Assembly (NCBI GenBank): GCA_002923395.1
Contig: BEIK01000002.1
Location: forward strand, 1,965-65,964
DNA from: a bacterium HR34
GTDB taxonomy: Bacteria > Patescibacteriota > Minisyncoccia > Minisyncoccales > HRBIN34
Direction of reading: 5' to 3'
DNA length: 64,000 bases
Shown in pieces: positions 25,514-36,189 of the stretch; the stretch's first letter is position 1, and each line of letters begins with the position of its first letter. Under the pieces are notes generated by a model that saw only the letters and a list, made by a program, of their open reading frames with translations, searched no databases and was not told the origin of the DNA. Position numbers and translations under genes: made by a program.

Positions 25514-26413
25514 ATGCCATCTGTTTATTCTCAAATAAGTAAAAACAGAACAAAAACAATCTTGCTCATTTTGGTTTTTATAGGCTTGATAGTTTTAATT
25601 GGCAGAATAATAGATTATTTTTTTGGTTCTGATTTTGCTTTCTGGTTTGCGCTTGCTTTTGCTACTTTTATGCCATTAATAAGTTATTGGTATTCAGATA
25701 AAATAGTTTTAGGAATAACAAGAGCAAAACCAATAGATAAATCAGACAACCCAGAACTTTACAGAATTCTTGAAAATCTTTGCATTGCAACAGGTCTTCC
25801 AATGCCAAAGTTGTATATTTTAGAAGAGTTGCAACCCAATGCTTTTGCAACCGGCCGCGATCCGAAGCATTCTGCAATTGCTGTTACAAGAGGATTGTTG
25901 GAAATTTTAGATAGGAAAGAGTTAGAAGGAGTTTTGGCACATGAGTTGTCTCACATAAAGAACAGAGACACTCTTGTGTCCACAATCGCTGCTGTGTTAG
26001 CAGGAGTTATTATAACTTTAGTTGATTTCTTTTTAAGATTTGGTTTAATATTTGGTTTTCGCGGTGAGGATAGAAGAGAAGGGAATATTTTTGGTTCAAT
26101 TATTTTACTTGCTGTTTTAATTTTGGCGCCCTTAGGAGCAACGCTTTTAAGATTAGCTGTTTCAAGGCAAAGAGAATATTTGGCAGACGCTTCGGCAGCT
26201 TTAATTACGAGATATCCACAGGGTTTGATTAATGCTTTAATTAAAATATCATCCAATCCGCACCCTTTGAAAGTTGCCAATCACAATGTTAACCATTTAT
26301 TTTTTGCAAATCCTTTAAAAGAAAATAAAACTTTTTCTTTTATAGAATCATTGTTTTCAACTCATCCGCCGGTTGAAAAAAGAATAGAGGCATTAAAAAG
26401 TTTAAACATATAA
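25514..26413 (+). CDS. htpX: HtpX-like M48 zinc metalloprotease
   Basis: HELSHIKNRD zinc motif, 4 TM segments, C-terminal STHPP..RI. Confidence 0.88.
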   Translation: MPSVYSQISKNRTKTILLILVFIGLIVLIGRIIDYFFGSDFAFWFALAFATFMPLISYWYSDKIVLGITRAKPIDKSDNPELYRILENLCIATGLPMPKLYILEELQPNAFATGRDPKHSAIAVTRGLLEILDRKELEGVLAHELSHIKNRDTLVSTIAAVLAGVIITLVDFFLRFGLIFGFRGEDRREGNIFGSIILLAVLILAPLGATLLRLAVSRQREYLADASAALITRYPQGLINALIKISSNPHPLKVANHNVNHLFFANPLKENKTFSFIESLFSTHPPVEKRIEALKSLNI

Positions 26414-26416
26414 AGA

Positions 26417-26920
26417 ATGTTTCAAGAATATATTTACACTTTTTTGATATCAATGACGCCAATTGGAGAATTAAGGGTTGGTATACCTGTTGCCATAAAT
26501 GTTTATGATTTAAACGTTTTTGAAGCTTTTATTTTTGCTGTTTTGGGAAATATTTTTGTTGCCTTTTTGCTTTTACTTTCTTTTAAAAAAATTTTTGAAT
26601 ATATCGTCGGCAAGGATAATATTTTAGCAAGAGTCATAACAAAGTGGAAAAACAGAACAGAAAATAAGTATTTAGGACCTATTCAAAGACTTGGGGATAT
26701 ATTAATAGTTTTATTTATTGCCATACCTTTCCCTTTAACAGGTGCTTGGACAGGCAGTCTAATTTCTTTTTTACTTGGGATACCTCTTAAAAAAGCATTA
26801 ACTTTAATTTCAATAGGAGTTTTGATAGCAGGAGTAATTGTGACTCTTTTTACAGTAGGAATTAAAAACATAGTATGGTTTACATATTCGGCAATTGGAA
26901 GTGCAACCCTACAAATCTAA
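26417..26920 (+). CDS. Small multi-TM membrane protein (COG2426-like small export protein family, tentative)
   Basis: 167-aa hydrophobic ORF; family assignment from memory only. Confidence 0.4.
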   Translation: MFQEYIYTFLISMTPIGELRVGIPVAINVYDLNVFEAFIFAVLGNIFVAFLLLLSFKKIFEYIVGKDNILARVITKWKNRTENKYLGPIQRLGDILIVLFIAIPFPLTGAWTGSLISFLLGIPLKKALTLISIGVLIAGVIVTLFTVGIKNIVWFTYSAIGSATLQI

Positions 26921-27603
26921 AAAAAGCGAAAGAAATTTTTTATACAATAGAAAAAAATTTTAAAGGAAATAAAAAAGTACATGTTGCTGTTTTTCCTCCT
27001 TTTGTTTTTTTAAATAGTTTAAATTCTGAAAAAGTTAAAAAAGGAGCGCAGGATGTTTTTTGGGAAAAGCAGGGTGCTTTTACAGGAGAAATTTCCCCTT
27101 TAATGCTAAAAGATGCAGGTTGTAAGTATTGTTTGGTTGGACATTCTGAAAGAAGATATATAATAGGAGAAAATAACGAGATTATTGAGAAAAAGTTAAG
27201 GTCTTGTTTGGAAAATAAAATTGTGCCTATTTTATGTTTTGGAGAAAGGGAAAAGGTTAGTTTTGGAAAAGTAAAAATAGAAATAAAAGAGCAATTAAAA
27301 TTTTTAATCAATTATAAATCTTTCAAAAATGTAATTTTGGCTTATGAGCCTGTCTTTTCAATTGGAACTGGTCTTGTTTGTGATACCTCTCATATAAACG
27401 ATGTTTTGAATTTTTTGAAAAATGAGTTAAATATAAAATATAAAGTTTTATATGGTGGAAGCTTAAACAGCAAAAATTGCCAAGAAATTTTAGAAAAGTG
27501 TGATATAAACGGATTTTTAGTTGGTGGCGCTTCCTTAAAAACAAGAGAGTTTTTAAAAATTATAGAAATAGCAGAAAAATATGCCAAGTCAAAAGAAAAA
27601 TAA
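26875..27603 (+). CDS. tpiA: Triosephosphate isomerase
   Basis: GNWKCN near the N-terminus, VGHSERR, YEPVFSIGTG, GGASL. Confidence 0.9.
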   Translation: MVYIFGNWKCNPTNLKKAKEIFYTIEKNFKGNKKVHVAVFPPFVFLNSLNSEKVKKGAQDVFWEKQGAFTGEISPLMLKDAGCKYCLVGHSERRYIIGENNEIIEKKLRSCLENKIVPILCFGEREKVSFGKVKIEIKEQLKFLINYKSFKNVILAYEPVFSIGTGLVCDTSHINDVLNFLKNELNIKYKVLYGGSLNSKNCQEILEKCDINGFLVGGASLKTREFLKIIEIAEKYAKSKEK

Positions 27604-28633
27604 AAGAAGGGTAGCAGTGGCTCTGTCAGGAGGAGTTGATTCTTCTGTTTCAGCTCTTTTGTTAAAGAGACAAGGTTTTGGTGTTGTTGGTTTTTACGCT
27701 AAATGTTGGTTGCCGAGCGAGAATGATAAGTGTACAAGCGATGTAGACGAGAAAAGAGCAATGATGGTTGCTAAGCAAATTGGCATACCTTTTTATTCTC
27801 TTGACTTAGTTGAAGATTATAAAGAGAGAGTTTTCAAGTACTTTGTAGAAACTTACAAAAGAGGTGAAACTCCAAATCCTGATGTTGTTTGTAACAAAGA
27901 ATTAAAATTTGGAATACTGTTTGATAAGGTAATGGGTTTAGGTTTTGATTATTTTGCAACAGGCCACTACGCTAGGAAAACAAAAGATGGAAAATTTATA
28001 AAAGCCCACAAAGACAGCAAGAAAGATCAAAGTTATTTCCTTGCTCGTCTTGATAAAGAAAAGATATCAAAAATAGTATTTCCTTTGTCTGATTTAACTA
28101 AAAAAGAAGTAAGAGAAATAGCAAAAAAAGAAGGATTGATAACATCAGAGGCTCCTGAGAGCCAGGGTATTTGTTTTATTGGCGAAGTTAATTTGAGAGA
28201 ATTTTTGTCCCGTTACATAAAGCCTCAAAAAGGGCTTGTGGTTGAATATGAAACAAACAAAGTTTTAGGAGAGCATCAGGGAGTATTTTATTATACAATA
28301 GGCCAGAGAAAAGATATAAGAATTCCAGGAGGTCCTTATTATGTTATCAAAAAAGATGTTAATACAAATACCTTATATGTAACGAAAGACAAAGATAAAC
28401 TTTTAACAAACAAAATAAAGTTTAATGATGTTTATGTTTTTTCTGAGAATGGTTTGTCAGGAAAATTGGAAGCTAAAATTCGCTCTCAGCAAGAATTTAA
28501 AAGGTGTGAAATAAAGAAAGATAAGAACGGCTTTTTTGCTATTTTTGATGAGCCACAGTGGGGCGTTGCTCCTGGCCAGGTTATTGCTTTTTACAAGCAA
28601 AAAAAGTTGATTGGTTCTGGAATAATAGAGTAG
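27581..28633 (+). CDS. mnmA: tRNA 2-thiouridine(34) synthase
   Basis: PP-loop ALSGGVDSSV, NPDVVCN, TGHYAR, DQSYFL. Confidence 0.92.
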   Translation: MPSQKKNKRRVAVALSGGVDSSVSALLLKRQGFGVVGFYAKCWLPSENDKCTSDVDEKRAMMVAKQIGIPFYSLDLVEDYKERVFKYFVETYKRGETPNPDVVCNKELKFGILFDKVMGLGFDYFATGHYARKTKDGKFIKAHKDSKKDQSYFLARLDKEKISKIVFPLSDLTKKEVREIAKKEGLITSEAPESQGICFIGEVNLREFLSRYIKPQKGLVVEYETNKVLGEHQGVFYYTIGQRKDIRIPGGPYYVIKKDVNTNTLYVTKDKDKLLTNKIKFNDVYVFSENGLSGKLEAKIRSQQEFKRCEIKKDKNGFFAIFDEPQWGVAPGQVIAFYKQKKLIGSGIIE

Positions 28634-28658
28634 TATTTTTGTATTTTTAAATTTTAAG

Positions 28659-30113
28659 ATGATAAATATAAAAAATATTTTATTTTCAAACACGAGTTTG
28701 TGGCAAACGGTTTTTAAAAATTTTTTTTGGCTATTTGTTGGTGAGTTTTTTTCAAGATTTTTAAGGTTCTTGTTGGTAATTTTGGCTATAAAAATTTTAG
28801 GCCCCCAAGAGTGGGGAGTTTTTGCTTATGCTGTTGGTTTTGGTGCCTTGGTGACAATTTTAGTTGATATAGGAGTAAGCCCTGTTTTGACAAGAGAAAT
28901 AGCGAAAGATAACAGTCAAGAAAACGTTGTAAGAGTGTTATCTAACTCTGCTTTTATTAAATTCGCAACAACACTAATTGGTTTTATAATTGTTTTCTTT
29001 TTGTCTCCTTATTTTTCTTCTATGAAAGAAGCCTTGCCTTTGTTCTCTTTGGTTGCTCTTATAATAACTTTTGACAATATAAGAGAGTTTGTTTTTTCTG
29101 TTGTGAGGGCTTTTGAAAGGATGGAACTTGAAGCCTTTGTAAATATAGTTACAAACCTTGGAATTCTTTTAACAGGTTTGTATGTTATCTATTATTTTCC
29201 GTCTGCCTATAATCTGGCTTTTGCTTATATGATAGGTTCAATGGTAGGCGCTTTTTACGGCATTTATTTAATTAAAGATAAACTAAAAGGTTTGTTCTCA
29301 AAGATATCTTTGAGTATGGTAAAAATGTTTTTTGTTGCGTCTATGCCATTTGCCTTATATCAATCTTTATCAGCAGCGCTTTTTAACACAGATTTATATT
29401 TAATAGGCTATTTCAAAGGCGCAAAAGATGTAGGTTTTTATTCTGCTTTTCAAAGAATCGCTTTACTTATTTTTGTTTTGCCTTCTATATTCTCTTCATC
29501 TATATTTCCAAAGTTTTCTAAATTTTCACCCAGCGATAAAGACAAACTTTTAGATATTTTACAAAAATCTCTAAAGATATCGCTTTTTATAGGATTGCCT
29601 TTGTCTATTTTCGCAATTGTTTTTGCTGATAAAATAATACCTTTAATATTTTCTCAGGAATTTTCTCAACATACCTTAACATTTCAAGTTTTAATGTTTA
29701 CCTTTCTTTTGGCTTTTCCAATGTCAATTTTTGGAAACTTGTTGTTTTCGCTTCACAGAGAAAAAGAGTTTATTAAATTATTTATAATATCTTTTTTAAT
29801 AAATTTAATTTTCGACATTCTTTTAATTGATAAGTACGGAATCTTGGGCGCTGCTTTTGGTGTTTTTGTGGCTCAGGCATTTTCAACATCTTATTTTTAT
29901 TATTTATCAAAACAAATATTTAAAAAGCCAATTTTCTATAATGTTAGCAAAATAGTTTTGAGTTCTATTTTGCTTTTTGCTTTTTTGATGTTTTTGAGTT
30001 TTTTAAATATAAACTATATAATCTCCCTTGCTTCGGGAGTTTTGTTTTATATTTTGGTTTTAAGATATTTAAAAGAAGATTTATTGTTAAAGTTAAAAGC
30101 TCTAAGAGGGTAG
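28659..30113 (+). CDS. MOP-superfamily flippase (Wzx/MurJ-like oligosaccharide/lipid-linked sugar flippase)
   Basis: 484 aa, about 12-14 TM segments, typical polysaccharide-biosynthesis-protein N-terminus. Confidence 0.6.
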   Translation: MINIKNILFSNTSLWQTVFKNFFWLFVGEFFSRFLRFLLVILAIKILGPQEWGVFAYAVGFGALVTILVDIGVSPVLTREIAKDNSQENVVRVLSNSAFIKFATTLIGFIIVFFLSPYFSSMKEALPLFSLVALIITFDNIREFVFSVVRAFERMELEAFVNIVTNLGILLTGLYVIYYFPSAYNLAFAYMIGSMVGAFYGIYLIKDKLKGLFSKISLSMVKMFFVASMPFALYQSLSAALFNTDLYLIGYFKGAKDVGFYSAFQRIALLIFVLPSIFSSSIFPKFSKFSPSDKDKLLDILQKSLKISLFIGLPLSIFAIVFADKIIPLIFSQEFSQHTLTFQVLMFTFLLAFPMSIFGNLLFSLHREKEFIKLFIISFLINLIFDILLIDKYGILGAAFGVFVAQAFSTSYFYYLSKQIFKKPIFYNVSKIVLSSILLFAFLMFLSFLNINYIISLASGVLFYILVLRYLKEDLLLKLKALRG

Positions 30114-30305
30114 TTTTACATTATTCTTTGCCAATGTTTTTGCGCACTTCATGCAAACTCTTATTTTAATACCTTTATCTATTTCAATTTTTTTAAGGTT
30201 TGGTTTTTGCCTTTTCTTTTGCGTTGGATTGTACTTGCCTCTTAATTTTTTTAACTTTACAGCAGTCCTTGTTGTTTTTTTACAAAGTTCGCATTGTCTT
30301 GCCAT
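30102..30305 (-). CDS. rpmB: 50S ribosomal protein L28 (zinc-ribbon form)
   Basis: MARQCELCKK... start and ...NPTQKKRQKPNLKK...RVCMKCAK pattern. Confidence 0.85.
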   Translation of the reverse strand: MARQCELCKKTTRTAVKLKKLRGKYNPTQKKRQKPNLKKIEIDKGIKIRVCMKCAKTLAKNNVKLPS

Positions 30306-30364
30306 ATTTTATATTTATTTGTTATATTGTTAATATTATACAAAATTAATTTTTTTTCAAGTTT

Positions 30365-30979
30365 ATGTTAATTTCTCAATTAATTAGCGACCCAATTTTA
30401 TTTTTTATAATTTTAATATCCCTTATAATAGCCTTTAGCGTTCACGAGTACTTCCACGCTTTCGCCGCCTACAGGCTTGGTGATCCTACTGCCAAGTTTC
30501 AAGGCAGGTTAACTCTTAATCCAATATCTCACATAGATCCATTAGGTTTTATTTTGCTTTTGTTTTTAGGTTTTGGTTGGGCAAAGCCAACCCCTGTTAA
30601 TCCTTTTAACTTTTCGAATAAAAGGTGGGGAAGTTTGTATGTTTCAATTGCAGGACCTTTGTCTAACTTTGGTATGGCAATTTTTGCGGGTTTAATTTTG
30701 CATTTTGGTTTCTTAACTTCAGAGTTGTCAATTAATTTTTTAGTCTCGTTTGTATATATAAATGTTTTGTTAGGAGTTTTTAATCTTTTGCCTTTTGCTC
30801 CTTTAGATGGTTTTCATATTTTTACATCTTTGTTTAGGCCAGAAAGATTTAGCCATTATACATTGCTCCTTGCAAATCCTTTTATGGTTATAATAGCGGT
30901 TTTTTTAATGATGTGGGTTATGATAGATTACGTTGTTAAACCAATAACAAGAATTTTAACAGGAGATCTACTGTTTTAG
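30365..30979 (+). CDS. Site-2 protease family (M50) membrane metalloprotease
   Basis: HEYFH zinc motif and NLLPFAPLDG. Confidence 0.8.
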   Translation: MLISQLISDPILFFIILISLIIAFSVHEYFHAFAAYRLGDPTAKFQGRLTLNPISHIDPLGFILLLFLGFGWAKPTPVNPFNFSNKRWGSLYVSIAGPLSNFGMAIFAGLILHFGFLTSELSINFLVSFVYINVLLGVFNLLPFAPLDGFHIFTSLFRPERFSHYTLLLANPFMVIIAVFLMMWVMIDYVVKPITRILTGDLLF

Positions 30980-31021
30980 AATTGTAAATTTGTTTTATAA
31001 AACTAGAACAATTCAAATAAT

Positions 31022-31050
31022 TTGACAATTTTTTTTCAATATACTAAATT
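31022..31050 (+). promoter_or_regulatory. Candidate promoter of the str operon
   Basis: TTGACA, 17-nt spacer, TAAATT; about 45 nt upstream of rpsL. Confidence 0.3.
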
Positions 31051-31095
31051 TATAACTATTATTAAAAGTAAGCAAATATTGAAGTAATTTAATTT

Positions 31096-31518
31096 ATGCC
31101 AACAATAAATCAGTTAATTAAAAAACCAAGGAAGCAAAAAACAAAGAGAACAAAGTCTCCTGCCTTGAAGTTTGGTTTTAATACTTTAAAAAACAAAAAA
31201 GTTTATCACCCATCTCCTTTTAAAAGAGGAGTTTGTATTAAAGTGTTTACAACAACACCTAAAAAACCAAACTCTGCTTTGAGGAAGGTTGCAAGAGTGA
31301 AACTTACTAATGGAATGGAAGTAACAGCTTACATTCCTGGTATTGGCCACAATCTACAGGAGCACTCAGTTGTTTTGATAAGAGGTGGTAGAGTTAAAGA
31401 TTTGCCAGGTGTAAGATATTATGTGGTTAGAGGTGTTTTAGATGCAGCAGGAGTTGAGGGTAGAAAACAAGAAAGGTCTAAATATGGAGTTAAAAAGCCT
31501 AAAGATGAAAATAAATAA
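31096..31518 (+). CDS. rpsL: 30S ribosomal protein S12
   Basis: [12 protein letters not shown]..., [39 protein letters not shown]. Confidence 0.97.
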   Translation: MPTINQLIKKPRKQKTKRTKSPALKFGFNTLKNKKVYHPSPFKRGVCIKVFTTTPKKPNSALRKVARVKLTNGMEVTAYIPGIGHNLQEHSVVLIRGGRVKDLPGVRYYVVRGVLDAAGVEGRKQERSKYGVKKPKDENK

Positions 31519-31523
31519 AAAAT

Positions 31524-31973
31524 ATGAAGGTAGAAATCAAACCAGATCCTAAATACAATAGTGTTTTAGTTGAGAAATTTGTAAATCAAATAATGAAAAA
31601 TGGAAAAAAGTCAGTTGCAAGAAAAATAGTTTATAATTGTTTTGAAATAATTAAAAATACGACAAAAAAAGATCCTTTAGAAGTTTTTGAAAAGGCAATC
31701 AAAAATGTTGGTCCTTTGGTTGAGGTGAGGCCAAAAAGAATTGGTGGTGCTACTTATCAGGTTCCTTTTCCTGTTTCTGAAAAAAGAAGGATAAGTTTGG
31801 CTATGAAATGGATAAGAGATATTGCAAGAAAAAAGAAAGGAAAAGGGATGGCTGAAAAATTAGCGCAAGAAATAATAGATGCTTCCAACAATATAGGCGC
31901 CGCTGTTAAAAAGAAAGAAGATACTCACAAAATGGCAGAAGCAAACAAGGCTTTTGCTCATTTTGCTTCATAA
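31524..31973 (+). CDS. rpsG: 30S ribosomal protein S7
   Basis: [13 protein letters not shown]..., [16 protein letters not shown]; str-operon order. Confidence 0.96.
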   Translation: MKVEIKPDPKYNSVLVEKFVNQIMKNGKKSVARKIVYNCFEIIKNTTKKDPLEVFEKAIKNVGPLVEVRPKRIGGATYQVPFPVSEKRRISLAMKWIRDIARKKKGKGMAEKLAQEIIDASNNIGAAVKKKEDTHKMAEANKAFAHFAS

Positions 31974-31989
31974 AAAATAAAAAAAACTT

Positions 31990-34098
31990 ATGGCAAGACT
32001 ATATCCAATAGAAAGATATAGAAATATAGGAATTATAGCGCACATAGATGCGGGTAAAACAACGACTACCGAAAGAATTTTATTTTACACAGGCATTTCC
32101 CATAAAATAGGTGAGGTTCACGAGGGTGAAGCGATTATGGACTGGATGGAACAAGAAAAAGAAAGAGGTATAACAATTACAGCCGCTGCCACCACATGTT
32201 TCTGGATACCAACTTATGAAAAAGAAAAATTAAAAGAAAAAGAATACAGAATAAACATTATAGACACTCCAGGCCACATAGATTTTACAGTTGAAGTACA
32301 AAGATCTCTGAGAGTTTTAGACGGTGCTGTTGTTATTTTTGATGGTGTTGCTGGTGTTGAACCTCAATCTGAAACTGTTTGGCGTCAAGCTGATAAATAT
32401 ATGGTGCCCAGAATATGTTTTGCCAATAAAATGGATAGAATGGGGGCATCTTTTGATTATGTTTTAGATTCGATAAGAAAGAAGTTAACAAACAACGCTA
32501 TTCCTATACAAATGCCAATAGGTCAAGAAAGCGATTTTAAGGGAGTTATAGATTTATTAAGAATGAAGGCATATTATTTTGATGGTGATTTTGGTCAAAT
32601 TGTTAGAGAAGAAGAAATACCTCCAAATTTAGTTGAAAAAGCAAAACAATTAAGATATCAGACGATTGAAAGAATTATATCAGAAGATGATCAGTTGATG
32701 GAGGATTATTTAAACGGAAAAGATATACCTCTTGAAAAAATTAAGCAGGTTTTGAGAAAATCAGTTTTAAGTTATAAATTAGTTCCTGTATTATGTGGAG
32801 CTTCTCTGCAAAATAAAGGTGTTCAACTTTTACTCGATGCTATTTGTGACTATTTGCCATCTCCAAAAGATCTTCCACCTATTAAAGGTATAAATCCAAA
32901 AACCAATAAGGAGGAAGTAAGGCATCCAGATGACTCCGAGCCATTTTGCGCTCTTGCCTTTAAAATTGCAGCCGATCCTTATGTTGGTACTTTAACATAT
33001 TTTAGGGTTTACTCAGGTTCATTGAAAAAGGGTTCTTATGTTTTAAACTCAACGACAGGAGAAAAAGAAAGAATTGGAAGAATTTTAAGAATGCATGCTA
33101 ATCAAAGAGAGGATGTTGATGAAGTGTTTGCAGGAGATTTAGCAGCAACTGTTGGTTTGAAAAATACTTTAACAGGCCACACTTTATGCGACGAAAACCA
33201 TCCTATTGTTTTAGAAAAAATTACTTTCCCAGAGCCTGTTATTTCAGTAAGAATAGAACCAAAAACAAAAGCAGATCAGGAGAAATTGTCTATAGCACTT
33301 AAAAAGTTAGCTGAAGAAGACCCGACTTTTAGAGTTAAAACTGATTTAGAAACAGGGGATACTTTAATATCTGGAATGGGAGAGTTGCATTTGGAAATTA
33401 TTGTTGACAGACTAAAGAGAGAATTTAAAGTGGAAGCCAACATAGGTAAACCCCAGGTTGCTTATAAAGAAACAATTTTAGGTAAGGCTGAGGCTGAAGG
33501 AAAATATATAAGGCAATCTGGTGGAAGGGGTCAGTATGGTCATGTTTGGTTAAGGGTTGAACCCTTAGAAAGAGGCAAGGGTTTGGAATTTGTTGATGAG
33601 ATTAAAGGAGGTATTATACCGCAAGAGTTTATTCCTGCAGTAGAAAAAGGTGTGAAAGAGGCTGCTGAAAAGGGAATTTTGGCAGGTTATCCCGTGGTAG
33701 ACTTAAAGGTTACTTTATACGATGGTTCTTTTCACGAGGTTGATTCTTCAGAATTTGCTTTTAAAATAGCTTCATCTATAGCTCTTCAAGAGGCCTGCAA
33801 GAAAGCAAAACCTATTTTACTGGAACCAATAATGAAATTGGAAGTTATTACACCTTCCGAATTTTTTGGTGATGTTATAGGAGATTTGAATGCAAGAAGA
33901 GGAAAGATAGAGGATACAGAAGATAAAGATAACTTAAAGATTATTAAGGCAAAAGTTCCTTTAGCTGAAATGTTTGGTTATGCAACATCTCTAAGATCTT
34001 TAACTCAAGGAAGAGGTAATTTTAATATGGAATTTTCTCACTATGAACCAGTTCCCCAGAACATTGCCCAAGAAATAATAGAAGGTAAAAGGAAATAA
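31990..34098 (+). CDS. fusA: Elongation factor G
   Basis: [33 protein letters not shown]; 702 aa. Confidence 0.97.
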   Translation: MARLYPIERYRNIGIIAHIDAGKTTTTERILFYTGISHKIGEVHEGEAIMDWMEQEKERGITITAAATTCFWIPTYEKEKLKEKEYRINIIDTPGHIDFTVEVQRSLRVLDGAVVIFDGVAGVEPQSETVWRQADKYMVPRICFANKMDRMGASFDYVLDSIRKKLTNNAIPIQMPIGQESDFKGVIDLLRMKAYYFDGDFGQIVREEEIPPNLVEKAKQLRYQTIERIISEDDQLMEDYLNGKDIPLEKIKQVLRKSVLSYKLVPVLCGASLQNKGVQLLLDAICDYLPSPKDLPPIKGINPKTNKEEVRHPDDSEPFCALAFKIAADPYVGTLTYFRVYSGSLKKGSYVLNSTTGEKERIGRILRMHANQREDVDEVFAGDLAATVGLKNTLTGHTLCDENHPIVLEKITFPEPVISVRIEPKTKADQEKLSIALKKLAEEDPTFRVKTDLETGDTLISGMGELHLEIIVDRLKREFKVEANIGKPQVAYKETILGKAEAEGKYIRQSGGRGQYGHVWLRVEPLERGKGLEFVDEIKGGIIPQEFIPAVEKGVKEAAEKGILAGYPVVDLKVTLYDGSFHEVDSSEFAFKIASSIALQEACKKAKPILLEPIMKLEVITPSEFFGDVIGDLNARRGKIEDTEDKDNLKIIKAKVPLAEMFGYATSLRSLTQGRGNFNMEFSHYEPVPQNIAQEIIEGKRK

Positions 34099-34111
34099 TT
34101 AAATTAAAAAT

Positions 34112-34417
34112 ATGGATTTTGAAAATTTTAAAAAAATTATAGAACACGACAAAGATGCCAAGTTTATATTTATCGAAGACGGAAAACCATCTTTTGTAAT
34201 TATAAGTTTTGAGAAATATCTAAGTTTAATATCCAATGGAAATAAAATGGTTTTACAAGATACACAACAGAGCAAAAATTTAGATATTATTAAGAAAGGT
34301 TTTTTTGGAAACAATAATTATGATTTGTCGCAAAAATTAAACAAAGAACTTGATTTGTTAAAAGATGATAGTGAAAGTAATAAAGAAATTGTTGACATAG
34401 AGCATTTTTCAATTTAA
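34112..34417 (+). CDS. Hypothetical protein; N-terminus weakly resembles the Phd/YefM antitoxin fold
   Basis: 101-aa ORF inserted between fusA and tuf; DGKPSFVIISFEKYLSL pattern; no partner toxin ORF. Confidence 0.35.
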   Translation: MDFENFKKIIEHDKDAKFIFIEDGKPSFVIISFEKYLSLISNGNKMVLQDTQQSKNLDIIKKGFFGNNNYDLSQKLNKELDLLKDDSESNKEIVDIEHFSI

Positions 34418-34418
34418 T

Positions 34419-34446
34419 TTGACTTTATTTTATTTTTTAGTATGAT
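34419..34446 (+). promoter_or_regulatory. Candidate promoter upstream of tuf
   Basis: TTGACT, 16-nt spacer, TATGAT; about 70 nt upstream of the tuf ATG. Confidence 0.4.
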
Positions 34447-34517
34447 TAATATTATAAATATAAGGTCGTAATATAAAAAATTACTAACAAAATTATTAAA
34501 AATTTTAAATAAAAAAC

Positions 34518-35717
34518 ATGGCAGAAAAAGAAAAATTCGTAAGAGGGAAACCTCACTTAAACATTGGTACATTAGGACACGTTGATCATGGTAAAACCAC
34601 AACGACAGCCGCTATTTTGCACTGCTTAAAATTAAAAGGGTTGGTAAAAGAAGAGAAATCTGTTGATCAAATTGACGCCGCACCAGAAGAAAAAGCAAGA
34701 GGATTGACTATTTCAATATCGCATTTGGAATATGAAACAGAGAAAAGACATTACGCTCATATTGATTGTCCAGGGCACGCTGATTACGTTAAAAATATGA
34801 TAACAGGTGCAGCGCAGATGGATGGAGCAGTTTTAGTCGTTTCAGCAGCCGATGGTGTTATGCCACAGACAAGAGAACACGTTTTGTTGGCGAAGCAGGT
34901 TGGCGTTCCATCAATGGTAGTTTACTTAAATAAAATTGATATGGTAGATGATCCAGAACTTATAGATTTAGTTGAGGCAGAAGTTAGGGAATTGCTTAAA
35001 AAATATGATTTTCCGGGAGATGAAGTGCCTGTGGTAAGAGGATCTTCTTTGAAGGCATTAGAAGCAACATCTCCAGATGATGAATGGGCAAAGAAGATAT
35101 ACGCACTTTTAGATGCAGTAGATAATTATATTCCAGAGCCCCAAAGAGACATTGATAAACCATTTTTGCTGGCAATAGAAGATGTGTTTAGTATTCAAGG
35201 TAGAGGAACAGTTGTAACAGGAAGAGTTGAAAGAGGAAAATTAAAGCCAAACGATGAAGTTGAAATAGTTGGTTTAAGACCAACACAAAAAACAGTTGCT
35301 GTTTCAATAGAGATGTTTCAAAAGGTATTAGATGAAGCAGTTGCAGGTGATAACATTGGTGTTCTGTTAAGAGGTATTAAAAAAGAAGATGTTGAAAGAG
35401 GTCAGGTTTTGGCAGTACCAGGAACTATAACACCCCATACAGAATTTGAAGCAGAAGTATATGTCTTAACAAAAGAAGAAGGAGGAAGAAGTACACCTTT
35501 CTTTTCTGGTTATAAACCTCAATTTTACTTTAGAACAACAGATGTAACAGGTGAGGTAACATTGCCCGAAGGAGTTGAAATGGTTATGCCAGGAGATACA
35601 GTTAATTTAAAAGTAAAGTTAATAGCACCCATTGCTATGGAAGAGCAACAAAGGTTTGCGATCAGAGAGGGTGGTAAAACAGTAGGTGCTGGAGTAGTAA
35701 CAAAGATTATAAAATAA
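34518..35717 (+). CDS. tuf: Elongation factor Tu
   Basis: [21 protein letters not shown]; 399 aa. Confidence 0.98.
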   Translation: MAEKEKFVRGKPHLNIGTLGHVDHGKTTTTAAILHCLKLKGLVKEEKSVDQIDAAPEEKARGLTISISHLEYETEKRHYAHIDCPGHADYVKNMITGAAQMDGAVLVVSAADGVMPQTREHVLLAKQVGVPSMVVYLNKIDMVDDPELIDLVEAEVRELLKKYDFPGDEVPVVRGSSLKALEATSPDDEWAKKIYALLDAVDNYIPEPQRDIDKPFLLAIEDVFSIQGRGTVVTGRVERGKLKPNDEVEIVGLRPTQKTVAVSIEMFQKVLDEAVAGDNIGVLLRGIKKEDVERGQVLAVPGTITPHTEFEAEVYVLTKEEGGRSTPFFSGYKPQFYFRTTDVTGEVTLPEGVEMVMPGDTVNLKVKLIAPIAMEEQQRFAIREGGKTVGAGVVTKIIK

Positions 35718-35741
35718 TTTTAAGCATTGTAATTCAAGAAA

Positions 35742-36074
35742 ATGTCAGCACAAAAAGCAAAAATGAAAGCAAGAAATAAGATAAGAATAAAACTGAAAGC
35801 GTTTGATTCAAAAGTGATAGATGCCAGTGCTAAAAAAATAATGGAAACTGCCATTCGTCAGGGAAGTGATGTTGTAGGTCCAATTCCTTTGCCAACAGAA
35901 ATTCAGAAAATCACAGTAAACAGATCAACATTTGTTCATAAAGATGCAAGAGAGCAGTTTGAAATAAGGGTTCACAAGCGCATCATTGACATATTAAATC
36001 CAAATCCAAAAGTAATTGATGCTTTAACAAATCTTAGTTTGCCAGCAGGTGTGAATATTGAAATAAAAATGTAA
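35742..36074 (+). CDS. rpsJ: 30S ribosomal protein S10
   Basis: [20 protein letters not shown]...GPIPLPT...HKRIIDI. Confidence 0.96.
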   Translation: MSAQKAKMKARNKIRIKLKAFDSKVIDASAKKIMETAIRQGSDVVGPIPLPTEIQKITVNRSTFVHKDAREQFEIRVHKRIIDILNPNPKVIDALTNLSLPAGVNIEIKM

Positions 36075-36138
36075 ATATAATCGATATATGATAAGTTTTA
36101 TAAAAATTATATAAAGTAAACAGGCCGGAATAATTTTA

Positions 36139-36173
36139 TCTAAAACCGGCCTTTAAAGGCCGGTTTTAGATTT
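36139..36173 (+). terminator. Intra-operon terminator/attenuator hairpin between rpsJ and rplC
   Basis: Perfect palindrome TCTAAAACCGGCC-TTTAAA-GGCCGGTTTTAGA followed by TTT; an upstream GGCCGG (36123-36128) could pair alternatively with CCGGCC (36146-36151). Confidence 0.5.
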
Positions 36174-36189
36174 AGGCAATAGAAAAATT

